A stretch of DNA of 63,925 nucleotides, filler included, from Octopus bimaculoides (taxonomy: Eukaryota), in assembly GCF_001194135.2 (NCBI RefSeq). It is 7 parts of 6 records of this genome, joined end to end, with 100 filler letters (N's around TTAATTAATTAA, not from the genome) between each part and the next. Parts side by side here need not be neighbours in the genome. Positions count along the whole stretch, not along the records: positions 62,480 to 63,925 come from NC_068981.1; 6 more parts are not named here. One strand, written 5' to 3'. The notes under the pieces were generated by a model. The model worked only from the letters and a program-made list of their open reading frames with translations, was not told the origin of the DNA and searched no databases. Each line of letters opens with the position of its first letter. The stretch's first letter is position 1. Below, one piece after another: positions 63,110 to 63,925 of this stretch. The translations under genes and the position numbers were made by a program.

Positions 63110-63450
63110 TTTATCTGCATCGATATCTCGATATCTGCTCACTTCGATTCTTCTTATAGCCATTCTTTACCCCGTAGACTAACACCTCGCTTAAGATTCC
63201 GGCGCGTAAGTTCAAATCATTTGAGCTCTACTAAGTGTTTTGAGCATCTCTGGATCTCATCTGCTAACTCGATATATAAATATCTTCTCTCTCTTCATCT
63301 TCTTATTCCTTTACTCCCATTTTTTTTTATCTCGTCATATCATTAATACATACCCCTCTCATTTTTCCCTATTTGCCTCTGATAACGGAATATCCCATAC
63401 TCGAGGATATCCCAGAAACAGCTGTAAGATTTTGAATTTCTTCCTGTCAT
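63110..63450 (+). mobile_element. Non-coding repeat ending in a degenerate hammerhead-like motif
   Basis: 5' part is homologous to 4863-5040; motif at 63379-63428. Confidence 0.5.
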
Positions 63451-63668
63451 AATAATGTATATGACTTGAGATGTTTGCCTTACCTTAATGTCTGACGTCC
63501 TATTTAACAATTATATATCCGCTGCATCGGAAATCTGCAATGGCTCCATAACTACCATCTCAGCTATAACCTTGGAGCCCCAGTAATCCGTTATAGCACT
63601 TACCTAGCGTACCTAATCGTTTAGATCACTTGTGAACTAAACCCCTATACTTTACATATAACAATCTA

Positions 63669-63795
63669 CAGGGTGTCCACAAAGTCTGGGTACATGGGGA
63701 TTAATACATACTTTAAGATATTATTATTTCTTATATTTAATTGTTTATGTTATGATTTTATTTACTCCATGTACCCAGACTTTGTGGACACCCTG
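63669..63795. mobile_element. 127-bp Tc1/mariner-type MITE
   Basis: Perfect 29-bp TIRs cagggtgtccacaaagtctgggtacatgg, TA on both sides. Confidence 0.93.
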
Positions 63796-63925
63796 TATAT
63801 ATGCATACATGTGTATTTGCATGTGCGCGCGTGTGTTCGTATGTTTGTATGTGTATAGGTATCTATATAGTGCATATAAAAGAATATATATGAATGTCTA
63901 TGAGTATGTATATATATATATATAT

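Noticed and set aside
1-63925. Most ORF-track entries (HTHT, YIYI, CVCV, MYVC, poly-N/I/L/Y, poly-X)
   Set aside because: Translations of CA, TA, CATA and TAA microsatellites, or read-through of N gaps.
1-63925. CRISPR array or prokaryotic operon
   Set aside because: No regularly spaced repeats with unique spacers; the sequence is eukaryotic intron-like DNA.

Overview
AT-rich, repeat-dense eukaryotic genomic DNA. The SINE, LINE and microsatellite content points to an octopod cephalopod (inference; species not determinable). About 5.7 kb is N, including six artificial 100-bp scaffold spacers containing TTAATTAATTAA. The only convincing host coding sequence is one 687-nt minus-strand exon (56308..55622) encoding the N-terminal leader, the first DCX domain and most of the second DCX domain of a doublecortin/DCLK-family protein. 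The ORF track shows it truncated at an internal Met; the real exon has no start codon, and no downstream DCX or kinase exons were recognised, so most of the window is probably intron. The rest is decayed mobile DNA: RTE, CR1-type and R4/Dong-type LINEs, a Penelope element with GIY-YIG and inverted pLTRs, a Helitron helicase scrap, mariner and pogo remnants, MITEs, several tRNA-derived SINE families, and long microsatellites that produce nearly all ORF-track entries. The most unusual signal is a set of non-coding fold-back elements, several of which carry degenerate minimal hammerhead-ribozyme-like motifs, next to a bona fide Penelope copy. No CRISPR array, rRNA or true tRNA gene is supported. 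All alignments were done by eye and from memory, so repeat boundaries are approximate.
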